This document shows, in pieces, positions 27,669 through 36,647 of a stretch of DNA of 64,000 nucleotides (position 1 is the stretch's first letter; the number at the start of each line of letters is the position of its first letter). The DNA is from Thermoflexales bacterium (GTDB lineage: Bacteria; Chloroflexota; Anaerolineae; Fen-1058). Below the pieces are notes generated by a model, which ran no database searches, was not told the DNA's origin, and saw only the letters and a program-made list of their open reading frames with translations. Location of the stretch: assembly GCA_034434835.1 (NCBI GenBank), contig DAOTXX010000019.1:21361-85360 (forward strand), given 5' to 3'. Position numbers and translations under genes: made by a program.

Positions 27669-29255
27669 ATGATTCGCAAGCCGCGACCTCGCACTCCCGA
27701 TCCCTCTGCGCTGCCCTGGCGACGCGCCCGGCGGATCACCCAAATCGTCGCGCTCTTGATCTTTATTGCGCTGCTGCTTGTGACGCGAGGCGGCGAATTT
27801 CCATCGCTCGGCGGCGCGGCCGGGGCGCCCCTGTTCTTTCGGCTTGATCCACTGGCCTGGCTGGCTTCGATCATTGCCGGACGGCGGTGGGTGGACGGGC
27901 TGGCGCTCGCGCTGGTCACGCTGGGGGTGACGCTCGTCGTGGGCCGCGTCTGGTGCGGCTGGATTTGTCCGCTGGGTACGACGCTCGATCTGATCCGCCC
28001 CCTCAGGAAATCGCGCCTGGTACCGCGCCCGGAGGGCGCTCCTACGGAACGTTGGCGTGCGGTCAAGTATGTCGTGCTGATCGCGATCTTGGGCGCGGCC
28101 CTGGCCGGCAACCTCACCTTGCTGGCGTTTGATCCGATCAGCCTCTTGACGCGCGGGCTGGGTTCGTTCGTGCTGCCCGGACTGAATCGGGTGACCGTCG
28201 GCCTGGAACGATGGCTCTACAACATCGAGCCGCTGCAAGGCGCGCTCGATTGGCTCGAAGCTTTTGTGCGTATGCCTCTCTTTCCGGCGGACGTGTGGCG
28301 CTGGTGGAATCTCCTGCCGGGGCTGCTGCTCATCGGCGTCATCGCGTTGAATTGGGTGGCAGATCGCTTTTGGTGTCGCTACCTGTGCCCGCTCGGCGGC
28401 CTGCTCGGGTTGATCAGCCGCGTGGCGATCATTCGTCGTGTGGTCGGTCAAGATGCCTGTCGTCATTGCCAACGCTGCGTGCGGGCGTGTCCCACTGGCA
28501 CGATCAATGCCGAAAGCTTTGAAAGCGACCCGGCCGAGTGCACCGTCTGCCTGGATTGCCTGCCCGAATGTCCCACGCCGAACGGACAAACCTTTGCGCC
28601 AGTATGGAAACTCGCACCCACACAGGAATACGATCCCGGTCGCCGCCAAGCGCTTGTGGCGCTGGGGGGCGGATTGATCGCCGCTGCGGTGTACCCACTC
28701 GTGCCCCCGGCCTTGCGCCGCGACTCGCGGCTCATCCGTCCGCCGGGCGCGCAAAGCGAAGCGTTCCTTTCGCAGTGCATCCGCTGCGGCGAGTGTCTCA
28801 AGGTCTGCCCGACTTCGGGCCTGCAGCCAGCGCTGTGGGAATCGGGGCTGGATGGCTTTTGGACGCCGACGCTCGTCCCGCGTCTGGGTTACTGCGACTA
28901 CTCGTGCCACTCGTGCGGCCAGGTCTGCCCAACCGGCGCGATCCCGAATCTTGCGCTTGAAGTCAAACGCCAGCAAGTCATCGGCAAAGCCGAGGTCAAC
29001 CGCGACCGCTGCCTGCCCTGGGCCAAGAACACGCCGTGCATCGTGTGCGAGGAAATGTGCCCGCTCGCGCCCAAAGCGATCGAGCTGGAAGCCGTCGAGG
29101 TCACCGACAGCGCAGGCCAACCCCTGACGCTCCAGCGCCCGCACGTGATCCAAGAACGCTGCATCGGCTGCGGCATCTGCGAGTTCAAGTGCCCGGCGGA
29201 AGGCGAGGCGGCGATTCGTGTGGAGAGTATCACCGCAGCCAAAAAAGCGACGTGA
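27669..29255 (+). CDS. Membrane-bound polyferredoxin (NapH/MauN-like N-terminal TM domain with CGWICPLG motif plus multiple 4Fe-4S CxxCxxCxxxCP motifs)
   Basis: TM helices precede the CGWICPLGT motif. Further cluster motifs are CRHCQRCVRACP, CTVCLDCLPECP, CIRCGECLKVCP, CHSCGQVCP, CIVCEEMCP and CIGCGICEFKCP. Confidence 0.8.
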   Translation: MIRKPRPRTPDPSALPWRRARRITQIVALLIFIALLLVTRGGEFPSLGGAAGAPLFFRLDPLAWLASIIAGRRWVDGLALALVTLGVTLVVGRVWCGWICPLGTTLDLIRPLRKSRLVPRPEGAPTERWRAVKYVVLIAILGAALAGNLTLLAFDPISLLTRGLGSFVLPGLNRVTVGLERWLYNIEPLQGALDWLEAFVRMPLFPADVWRWWNLLPGLLLIGVIALNWVADRFWCRYLCPLGGLLGLISRVAIIRRVVGQDACRHCQRCVRACPTGTINAESFESDPAECTVCLDCLPECPTPNGQTFAPVWKLAPTQEYDPGRRQALVALGGGLIAAAVYPLVPPALRRDSRLIRPPGAQSEAFLSQCIRCGECLKVCPTSGLQPALWESGLDGFWTPTLVPRLGYCDYSCHSCGQVCPTGAIPNLALEVKRQQVIGKAEVNRDRCLPWAKNTPCIVCEEMCPLAPKAIELEAVEVTDSAGQPLTLQRPHVIQERCIGCGICEFKCPAEGEAAIRVESITAAKKAT

Positions 29256-29299
29256 GAGCTCCCCACGTCCAATCTACCGCACAAGAGCGGATAAGTGGG

Positions 29300-29941
29300 T
29301 TAACCAAGTCGCTCAAACTCGGCAATGTGTGGAGTCAGATCAATTGAAGCCCAACAGGTGCGCGCGAGTTCAAAGCCTCTAGGCAAAAAATTGGCGTTGA
29401 TGACCTTGTGGCCTTTAGCACTCAGAAACTCGACGGCCGGTATAAAGTCGCGGTCAGAGGACACCAACACGGCGACATGCCACGCATCCTCCCATGCCAG
29501 TTTGATCATGTCTGTGACAATGGCCGTGTCAATTCCTTTTTCTGCTGTTCGCTGAATGGGAGAACCACAATGAGGACACTGGCTGATACCCTTGTGGCAT
29601 GAGGGGCAGATGGGATAGCTCTTCCATTTCCGCTCCTTGCTCGTCACATGAATCCCCGGAAAGCGGTTCAGCGTGTTGTTAGCCCACTCGCGCAGCTTGG
29701 CATCTTTTGGGCTTTTGGGGTCAAATGACAAGTAGACGTGCGTTCCCTCAAATTGGAATTGGCCGAGCGAACTGGAAGGAATCAAGGCAACCGCTTTCTG
29801 CATGAGCCAGGCCGGCAGCTTTTTCCAGTCAGGGCGGTAGCCAGGGCGCGCCACCTCATTGAGAGCCAACTGGAAATTCCAAAAGTCAACAAAGATGCGA
29901 AGTTTCTGTGGCAGAAAGGGAATAGGCTCGCTGGCTGACAT
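29300..29941 (-). CDS. NYN-domain (LabA/DUF88-like) protein with inserted Zn-ribbon
   Basis: Start is trimmed to MSASEPIPFLPQKLRIFVDFWNF. The Zn-ribbon reads CPSCHKGISQCPHCGSP, and the NYN motifs are EKGIDTAIVTDM...VLVSSDRDFIPAV. Confidence 0.65.
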   Translation of the reverse strand: MSASEPIPFLPQKLRIFVDFWNFQLALNEVARPGYRPDWKKLPAWLMQKAVALIPSSSLGQFQFEGTHVYLSFDPKSPKDAKLREWANNTLNRFPGIHVTSKERKWKSYPICPSCHKGISQCPHCGSPIQRTAEKGIDTAIVTDMIKLAWEDAWHVAVLVSSDRDFIPAVEFLSAKGHKVINANFLPRGFELARTCWASIDLTPHIAEFERLG

Positions 29942-30202
29942 GGCTGGCCTCCCAAAAATGCAGGGAGTGCGTTGAGCACTCCCTGGGGGTCTAATAGCGG
30001 ACAAGATACCACTTTGCCCGCGGGGTCTATTGGCTCTATTGTACACAACTCTTGAACCAGTGTCAATATCCATTTACAGGCGCTCGGCGATATGGCGTTG
30101 TGATATCGTTACCTCAGCGCACTGGACTTGAACCTCAATTTCTGCTAGAATGATACCATCCTCGACAGCCAGGCCGATTCCCATGCGATTGGATGGTGCA
30201 CG

Positions 30203-30523
30203 ATGAAACTTGTCATTGCCGTAGTCCAAGACGAAGATGCCGAAGCCACCGTGCAGGCCCTCACCGAGCACGGGCATCGCGTGACGCGACTGGCGACGAC
30301 CGGGGGCTTTTTGCGCCGGGGCAACACGACGCTGCTTACAGGTGTCCCGGACGACAAGGTGGACGACGTGCTCACCGTCCTGCGTCACACCTGCCGCCGC
30401 CGCACCGTGTACACCACGCTCGTCACCGAGACGCCCACGATGCTCCCTTCGTCTGTCGTCGAAGTCGAAGTCGGCGGCGCAACGGTGTTTGTGCTCGACA
30501 TGGAACACTTTGAGCAGGTGTGA
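30203..30523 (+). CDS. darA: PII-like c-di-AMP receptor DarA (PstA/DUF970) homolog
   Basis: The protein aligns almost end-to-end with B. subtilis DarA: MKLVIAVVQDEDAE...RVTRLATTGGFLRRGNTTLL...VEVEVGGATVFVLDMEHFEQV. Confidence 0.85.
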   Translation: MKLVIAVVQDEDAEATVQALTEHGHRVTRLATTGGFLRRGNTTLLTGVPDDKVDDVLTVLRHTCRRRTVYTTLVTETPTMLPSSVVEVEVGGATVFVLDMEHFEQV

Positions 30524-30612
30524 AAACCGGTCTGAGAGACGTTCGTACAGGCTGCGTAGCAAAAGTGGCATCGAACGGCACTTGTTGCGTTCCGTACCTG
30601 GGGGCGAACAAA

Positions 30613-30643
30613 CGACCGGCGCTCAAGTGCCGGTCACTTTTGT
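30613..30643 (+). terminator. Rho-independent terminator after darA (GACCGGC-gctcaagt-GCCGGTC + ACTTTTGT)
   Basis: A 7-bp GC stem is followed by a T-run, located 90 nt after the darA stop. Confidence 0.5.
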
Positions 30644-30772
30644 ATCTGAATCAGTTTCATCAACGCGCTTCGATCAATGCCGGGATGAGCCGCACGCCGG
30701 AGACTTGCAGCAAGTGTTGATGCTACACAGCCCAATCTGAAAGAGTGGTTTGCCTGACCGGAACGACGTGAA

Positions 30773-31201
30773 ATGAACTCCGAATATTCTGGCCCATGCC
30801 CCGGTGATAAAGTGTTGCTCGTCAGTGTCAAAGGAGACAAGCCGTTTGAATTGCTGCGCATGATCTTTGAGCAAAAGAAAGGCTGTCTGACCATCGTATC
30901 CACAGTTGCAGAGGCCATCAGCAAGCTGAGCGAACCATTTGACCTGGTGTGGATACAATTGCCGCTGCCCGACTTGAACGGGCGGCTCTTGATTGACCTC
31001 TTGCTTGCCACGCCTGATCTGGCCGATCGCGTCGGCGTGATGGATCCCCTCAAGGTCACGCTGCGACTGCTCGAGATGCCCATCCTGGATATCTTTGAAG
31101 GGCTGCCGATGCGAGACCGAAGGGGGATTTGGATCCGTATCCGTACCAAGGACGAGCGCGAGTGGGTACGGCATCATCTCGGCCAGTGTGTGCAAAGGTA
31201 A
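30773..31201 (+). CDS. Stand-alone receiver-like (pseudo-receiver) domain protein
   Basis: The CheY-like fold pattern is present. The expected phospho-acceptor position reads DLVWIQLPLPDLNG, with Q in place of Asp. Confidence 0.5.
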   Translation: MNSEYSGPCPGDKVLLVSVKGDKPFELLRMIFEQKKGCLTIVSTVAEAISKLSEPFDLVWIQLPLPDLNGRLLIDLLLATPDLADRVGVMDPLKVTLRLLEMPILDIFEGLPMRDRRGIWIRIRTKDEREWVRHHLGQCVQR

Positions 31202-31262
31202 GCTCAAACGTCACCACTTTCGTTGACGTCTGACGCATGACGTTTGACGCTTGACATTCTAC
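31201..31262. repeat. Heptamer-periodic hairpin repeat (CAAACGTCA / TGACGTTTGACG)
   Basis: The sequence reads AGCTCAAACGTCACCACTTTCGTTGACGTCTGACGCATGACGTTTGACGCTTGACA. Confidence 0.5.
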
Positions 31263-31435
31263 ATTTCCCATCCCCGACAAATGGCCGAAAATTGAGTGGC
31301 AATTGTCACTACTCAATGACCCCCTCGTTTCGTTATACTGACGTGTGCTACAAGATTTATCTCACCACCAAGAAAGACACCAGGTTCAAGTGTCTTGGTG
31401 CCTTCGTGGTGAACCTGCAATAGTGGGAGCAAGAC

Positions 31436-33226
31436 ATGAAACGCTTACTTTCCGGCAACGAAGCGATCGCCCTCGGCGCGTTCGAGGGTGGAGTGCGGTA
31501 CGCGGCGGCTTACCCCGGCACACCGTCCACCGAGATCCTGGAAAACCTCGCCACGTACAAAGGCGTCGTGGCCGAGTGGGCCTCGAACGAAAAAGTCGCG
31601 CTCGATAGCGCCATCGGCGCGGCGTTCGCAGGCGCGCGCGCGCTGACGGCGATGAAGCACGTCGGCGTGAACGTCGCCGCCGATTCGCTGATGAGCGCAA
31701 GCTACACGGGGGTGCGCGCAGGACTGGTGCTGGTGAGCGCGGATGACCCCGGCACGTTCTCTTCGCAGAACGAACAGGACAATCGCCAGTACGCCCGGTT
31801 TGCCAAGATTCCCTGCCTGGAGCCTTCGGACAGCCAGGAGGCCAAAGATTTCACGGCGCTGGCCTTTGAGATTTCGGAGCAGTTCGATACACCCGTCCTG
31901 CTGCGCTCGACGACGCGCCTGAGTCACGGCAAGTCCGCCGTCGAGGTGGACGTGCCTAAAGAGCGCGGCGAGCAGCCGCCGCTGCCCAAGTTCGAGCGCG
32001 ATCCACAAAAGTATGTCATCATCCCGGCGCACGCCAAGCTGCGCCACCCGGTCGTCGAAGAGCGCATGCGCCGACTCAGGGACTATGCCGAGACGACGCC
32101 GCTCAATCGCGTCGAGTGGGGCGATCGCAAGATCGGCGTCATCACGGGCAGCGTGGCGTATCAATACGCGCGCGAGGTTTTTGAAGGCTACAGCTTCTTG
32201 AAGCTCGGCCTGAGTTACCCCCTCCCCGAAAAAACCATCCGCGATTTTGCCGCGCAAGTCGAGACGCTCGTCGTCGTCGAAGAGCTTGACCCGTTTTGGG
32301 AAGAGCAGATCCGCGCGATGGGCCTCCGGTGCTACGGCAAAGATGTTTTCCCCATGGCGGGCGAGTACACCTTGACCGTCGTGCGCGAGAGCGCGCTCAA
32401 GGCAAGCCTGCCCGTCAAGCCGGTTGAAAAACCCAGGCCAGTCGAACTCACCTTCAAGGTTCCGCCGCGCCCGCCTGCGCTGTGCCCCGGCTGCTCGCAC
32501 CGCGCGCCGTTCTATTCACTTTCGCGCCACAAGGTGCTCGTCTCCGGCGACATTGGCTGCTACAGCATCGGCATGCTCCCGCCGTTCAACGCGATGGACA
32601 CCCTCATCTCGATGGGCGCGTCTATCGGCCTGGCGCATGGTGCCAATCAAGCCGGACTGGAAGACAAGATGGTGGCTGTCATCGGCGATAGCACCTTTTT
32701 CCACGCGGGCATCTCGGCGCTCGCCAGCGCGATCTATAACAACAGCCCGACGCTCACCATCATCCTCGACAACGGCACGACGGGCATGACGGGCCAGCAA
32801 GGCAACCCGGCGTCCGGCCAGACCCTGCAAGGCACGCCCGGTCGCCGTGTGCCGATCGAGCCGGTCGTGCGCGCGATGGGGATCGGACGCGTGTGGACCG
32901 TCAACGCGCTCGATGAGCCAGCCGTGGACAAGGCGATCAAAGAAGCGCTCGCCATCCAAGACCAGCCGGCCGTTGTCATTGTCGAGGGAACATGCGTGAT
33001 GCTCGACGAGTTCAAGCGGCGGTCGGTCGTTTCGGTGGACCTGGAGACGTGCAACGGCTGCGCGCTGTGCTTTCGCGTCGGCTGCCCGGCGATCCTCAAA
33101 TCATCCGATCTGGACGCCAAGACCAGTCGCCCCAAGGCGCAGATTGACCCGCTGTTGTGTGTGGGCTGTGACGTGTGTCTCCAAGTCTGCCCGCGCGATG
33201 CGATCTTTCGAAAGGATGAAGGATGA
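31436..33226 (+). CDS. iorA: Indolepyruvate:ferredoxin oxidoreductase alpha subunit
   Basis: The N-terminus MKRLLSGNEAIALGAFEGGVRYAAAYPGTPSTEILE is the IorA signature, and the GDIGCY TPP region is present. The C-terminus has two 4Fe-4S motifs (CNGCALCFRVGCPA; CVGCDVCLQVCP). Confidence 0.88.
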   Translation: MKRLLSGNEAIALGAFEGGVRYAAAYPGTPSTEILENLATYKGVVAEWASNEKVALDSAIGAAFAGARALTAMKHVGVNVAADSLMSASYTGVRAGLVLVSADDPGTFSSQNEQDNRQYARFAKIPCLEPSDSQEAKDFTALAFEISEQFDTPVLLRSTTRLSHGKSAVEVDVPKERGEQPPLPKFERDPQKYVIIPAHAKLRHPVVEERMRRLRDYAETTPLNRVEWGDRKIGVITGSVAYQYAREVFEGYSFLKLGLSYPLPEKTIRDFAAQVETLVVVEELDPFWEEQIRAMGLRCYGKDVFPMAGEYTLTVVRESALKASLPVKPVEKPRPVELTFKVPPRPPALCPGCSHRAPFYSLSRHKVLVSGDIGCYSIGMLPPFNAMDTLISMGASIGLAHGANQAGLEDKMVAVIGDSTFFHAGISALASAIYNNSPTLTIILDNGTTGMTGQQGNPASGQTLQGTPGRRVPIEPVVRAMGIGRVWTVNALDEPAVDKAIKEALAIQDQPAVVIVEGTCVMLDEFKRRSVVSVDLETCNGCALCFRVGCPAILKSSDLDAKTSRPKAQIDPLLCVGCDVCLQVCPRDAIFRKDEG

Positions 33227-33292
33227 AGGCAGAAGGATGAAGGCGAAAACGCTTCCGCCTTCATCCTTTCGCCTTCTGCCTTCACAAGAGGT
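33205..33292. repeat. Heptamer-periodic hairpin (GAAGGAT x3 ... ATCCTTC) spanning the iorA stop and the iorA-iorB spacer
   Basis: The sequence reads GAAGGATGAAGGATGAAGGCAGAAGGATGAAGGCGAAAACGCTTCCGCCTTCATCCTTTCGCCTTCTGCCTTCAC. The last iorA codons (RKDEG) are encoded by the repeat. Confidence 0.55.
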
Positions 33293-33298
33293 GACAAC

Positions 33299-33880
33299 AT
33301 GCTTGAAAAACTTGACATGCTCTTTGTGGGCATGGGCGGCCAGGGCATTCTCACCGCCAGCGACATTGTGGCCGAAGTTGGGCTGGCCGTGGGCTATGAC
33401 GCCAAGAAATCCGAAGTGCACGGCTTTTCGCAGCGCGGCGGCGTAGTGGATAGCCACGTGCGTTGGGCGCGGCGCGTTGCCTCCTCGACGGCTGAGGCAG
33501 GACAGATTGACATTCTGCTCGCGTTCGAGATGCTCGAGGCGGCCCGTTGGATTGACTGGCTGCGGCCCGGCGGGGCTGTGATCATCAACCGCCAAACGAT
33601 CGTCCCGATGTCGGTGAGCGTGGGCGATTGTAAGTATCCGTCCGAAGAGGACATCCTGGCGGCCATCAAAACACGAACGGACAGGGTCACCGTCGTCGAA
33701 GGGCTTGCCATCGGCGAACGCCTGGGCAAAGCGCAACTGGCGAATTCGGTCTTGCTCGGCGCGCTCAGCAAGCAGATTGAGGGCATTGACCCCGACGTGT
33801 GGACGACGGTCATCCAGCGGCGCGTGCCGAAAAAGTACGCTGAATTGAATCGGACGGCGTTTTGGGAAGGGAGGATGTAA
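33299..33880 (+). CDS. iorB: Indolepyruvate:ferredoxin oxidoreductase beta subunit
   Basis: The protein is 193 aa, with MLEKLDMLFVGMGGQGILTAS matching the IorB/PorG N-terminus. Confidence 0.85.
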   Translation: MLEKLDMLFVGMGGQGILTASDIVAEVGLAVGYDAKKSEVHGFSQRGGVVDSHVRWARRVASSTAEAGQIDILLAFEMLEAARWIDWLRPGGAVIINRQTIVPMSVSVGDCKYPSEEDILAAIKTRTDRVTVVEGLAIGERLGKAQLANSVLLGALSKQIEGIDPDVWTTVIQRRVPKKYAELNRTAFWEGRM

Positions 33881-33902
33881 AGCGGGTATTGGATATTGGG
33901 TA

Positions 33903-34469
33903 TTGGCAGGGGGCGATGTGAAATTGCCGTTTTTGAACCGGGAGCCGACGACGCTGCGCGAGCGACTGCTGGCCGCGGTCGAGCAGGGGCTGAAAGCCGA
34001 CCGGGTCTCATTTGTCCCGCTGGGCGAAGGGTTCTACGTCCACGTGATGCCACCCCGGTACGACTTTTTTGAGGAGCGTGAGCGCTTTGACCGCGAGGCG
34101 GAGGAAGCGCGCCGGGCGATGTTGGGCGATGCGCCGCTGGGCCGTTACGCGCTCATCAACTTTCGTGACGTGCGAGAAGGCAAGTTCCCGTTCTCTTTCG
34201 ATTACCAGGCGTGGGCCGGCAAGCTCGCGCTCAAGCTCACAGGCGAGATCGGGTTGATCTTTTTGGTGCGCGAACAAGAGGTGCGCCAGGTGATCGCGCG
34301 CGAGTGCGATCGCGTGGGATTGCAGTGCGAGCCGCATGGCCGGTGGGACATGCGCGTCGCAGGCACGTCACACGTTATCTACGTTGGCGATCTGGTGTAC
34401 GAGGCGATTGGCCGCGCCAGGAACTTGAGCGAGTTGGTGCGGGAGCAGTTGGCTTTACTGCTCGACTAG
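33903..34469 (+). CDS. Hypothetical protein
   Basis: This 188-aa ORF has a TTG start. No family was recognised. Confidence 0.4.
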   Translation: MAGGDVKLPFLNREPTTLRERLLAAVEQGLKADRVSFVPLGEGFYVHVMPPRYDFFEERERFDREAEEARRAMLGDAPLGRYALINFRDVREGKFPFSFDYQAWAGKLALKLTGEIGLIFLVREQEVRQVIARECDRVGLQCEPHGRWDMRVAGTSHVIYVGDLVYEAIGRARNLSELVREQLALLLD

Positions 34470-34526
34470 CAGCCTGTTGGAAAAAGCCCCGCTTCCCTCG
34501 TGCTATTTCCCTCTTCCGCTCCACAC

Positions 34527-35339
34527 CTACCTGTCCAGCCACTGCGCGAGGATGCGCTCCAGTGTGCCATCCGCTTTGACCTGCGCCAGCGCCCGGTTGA
34601 GCGCATGCAACAGATCGGGCGAGTCGGCGCGGACGGCGAGCGTATAGTGCGCGCTGGTCTGTCGCGGTCCGAGGCGCAGCGCTGGATGCCTGGCGACGTA
34701 TTGTCGCGCCGTCGCCGTATCGGTGAGCGCGGCATCGGCCTGACCAGCCTCCACGGCTTGCAGCGCCTCTTCCGGCGTGTCGCGCTGTAGCACGCGCAGC
34801 CCTACGGTGCGGCGAGCCAGCCAGCGCGCGCGCGTGTCCCCTTCCGAGCCGGCCTCGACAGCCAGCGTGCGTCCTGTCAGATCGTCCAGCCTGGACGCCG
34901 AAGGGACCACCGACACCAGCCCGGCATCAAAGTAAAAATCAGAGTAGCGAAAATCCTTCAAGCGCGCCGCTTCTGGCGAAAGCGCGCTGATGAGCGCGTC
35001 GCATTGGTGGGCGTCGAGCGTGTCGTAAAGCCTATCCGCGCCGATCTGGACAAACTCGGCGCGCAGACCCAGTCGCCGGGCCAGCTCGCGCGCGAGATCA
35101 GCGTCAATCCCCACAAACTCGCCCGTCGCCGTCATCCCATCAAACGGCATAAAGCCCGCATCCATCCCGAATCGGATCGCGCCGCTTTTTTGAATCCCGG
35201 CCCATGTCCTATCGGGCTGCAGCGGCGTGCCCTTTGCTGTGAACACATCCGCTCCCAGGACGATTGCCAATACCATAATACCTAATACCCATTTGAAACG
35301 GGATATTGGGTATGAGGTATGGGTCATCGCGCCGCCCAC
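34527..35339 (-). CDS. ABC transporter substrate-binding protein (family 3, polar amino acid type), membrane-anchored
   Basis: An N-terminal TM helix is followed by an SBP_bac_3-like fold (GIDADLARELARRLG; RYSDFYFDAGL). Confidence 0.7.
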   Translation of the reverse strand: MGGAMTHTSYPISRFKWVLGIMVLAIVLGADVFTAKGTPLQPDRTWAGIQKSGAIRFGMDAGFMPFDGMTATGEFVGIDADLARELARRLGLRAEFVQIGADRLYDTLDAHQCDALISALSPEAARLKDFRYSDFYFDAGLVSVVPSASRLDDLTGRTLAVEAGSEGDTRARWLARRTVGLRVLQRDTPEEALQAVEAGQADAALTDTATARQYVARHPALRLGPRQTSAHYTLAVRADSPDLLHALNRALAQVKADGTLERILAQWLDR

Positions 35340-36400
35340 TTTTGAACCTCCCAGTAAATGGGACGCGGCTCCAAGTCCACGCCGACGAAGGCAAAGTTAT
35401 CATGATAGCTGCCCATGAGCGTGGGATAACGGAACGCCCACATCGCCACGACCTTGCACCACGGCCAGTGCTCTTCGGCCCAGCGATAGGCGGCCAGCGT
35501 GTATTCGATCCGCTGCGCCGGGCGGACGGATTGATTCCAGCGCGGGCTGTCGTTCCATCCGGCTTCGGTGATATAGACCGGCTTGGCTTCGTCGCCATAC
35601 CGTACCATGATCTCGCGCACCAGCTCGACGCGGCGAAAGTTGAGCCGATCCGGCGCGGGAGGCTCTTCGGGGGGCGACTGGATGCCGTAGGCATGGACCG
35701 CCAGCGCGTCAAAATAAGGCGCGGCCCCGGCCTCGTACATCTTTTGCAGATAGACCAGATCGTTCATCCCGTGCGGGCTGCCCTCCGGTTCCAACGTCGG
35801 CGCGAGCGCGCCCGCCAAAACGATCATGTTCGGATCGGCTTGCCTGGCGCGTGGATAGGCCGCGCGCAGCAAGTCAGCGTATCCCTTGGGATCCACCGGG
35901 CGAAAGCCCCACTCGAACGTGAGGTTCGGCTCGTTCCAGAGAATGATCGCGTGAACCCGCCCTTTGTAATGCCGGACGAACTCGTAAACGAAATCGCCCA
36001 GGTCGTCGTAGCCGGATTCGTCAATGTAATTCATCGTGGTCTGTTGGCCCGTGTCGTGCGGACGCGCCCACCAGGGCGTCAGGCCGAGGCGCGCAATGAT
36101 GGTCAGGCCTTGCGCGCGCGCGTGTTCCACCACCATGTCCGCGTGCCCCAAGAACAACACGCCCTTGTATGGCTCGTAATATGCCCAGGGAAAGAACTCG
36201 ACGATCCATGGGCTGCCCATCTCGCGCACCATTTCGAGCGTCCGCCGAATCTTCCACGTTTCAACCTCGTCCGTCAACCGCGTGTGCACGCCGACGGTCG
36301 GATGCGCAGTACGGACGGTTTGCTGGGGCGGGAGCGTAACGATGGGCTGAGGTGGCTGCTCGATGGCCCACAGGAAAACGAGGACGATGAACAGGCGCAT
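35324..36400 (-). CDS. Secreted glycoside hydrolase, GH5-like TIM barrel (cellulase family)
   Basis: ILWNEPN marks the acid/base and YITEAGW the nucleophile. Start is trimmed to MRLFIVLVFLW. The longer ORF-track N-terminus is translated from the GCGTATT repeat. Confidence 0.65.
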   Translation of the reverse strand: MRLFIVLVFLWAIEQPPQPIVTLPPQQTVRTAHPTVGVHTRLTDEVETWKIRRTLEMVREMGSPWIVEFFPWAYYEPYKGVLFLGHADMVVEHARAQGLTIIARLGLTPWWARPHDTGQQTTMNYIDESGYDDLGDFVYEFVRHYKGRVHAIILWNEPNLTFEWGFRPVDPKGYADLLRAAYPRARQADPNMIVLAGALAPTLEPEGSPHGMNDLVYLQKMYEAGAAPYFDALAVHAYGIQSPPEEPPAPDRLNFRRVELVREIMVRYGDEAKPVYITEAGWNDSPRWNQSVRPAQRIEYTLAAYRWAEEHWPWCKVVAMWAFRYPTLMGSYHDNFAFVGVDLEPRPIYWEVQKWAAR

Positions 36401-36424
36401 GAGTAGCCGGCGGCTGGAGAGGAT

Positions 36425-36620
36425 AGAATGCCAGGCGTATTGCGTATTGCGTATTGCGTAGGACGTGAAACGAGAGACGTGAAACGTCATGCGTCAAATG
36501 ACCTGCTATACTGATCGCCTTTCAGATTTGTGAATTTCGGCGGCTCGTAGTAGCGACTTGAGTCGCTTGCCAACCTGGACGACTAGAGTCGTCACTACGG
36601 GCTAATTCACAAAATCCAAG
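36425..36620. repeat. Composite intergenic repeat region: GCGTATT x3 + GACGTGAAACG x2 + GTCATGCGTCAAATGAC heptamer words, followed by nested inverted repeats (GATTTGTGAATT...AATTCACAAAATC; GCGACttgaGTCGC; GACGACTagaGTCGTC)
   Basis: The composition is read directly from the sequence. The region lies upstream (5') of the minus-strand GH5-like gene. Confidence 0.5.
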
Positions 36621-36647
36621 TGCGCTCCGTATATCAGCCATTGGCCA

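Noticed and set aside
34527-36490. Off-by-one disagreement between my manual base counting and the ORF-track coordinates around 35.2-35.4 kb
   Set aside because: It is most likely a reading error on my part. ORF-track coordinates were used for all CDS calls in this region rather than reporting a sequence anomaly.
36261-36497. ORF 36261..36497- and the 30-aa N-terminal extension of the GH5-like ORF (35324..36490-), both containing AIRNTQYA / LRNTQYA
   Set aside because: These residues are a direct translation of the GCGTATT heptamer repeat. The real gene starts at the downstream Met (MRLFIVLV...), which has a signal-peptide-like sequence.
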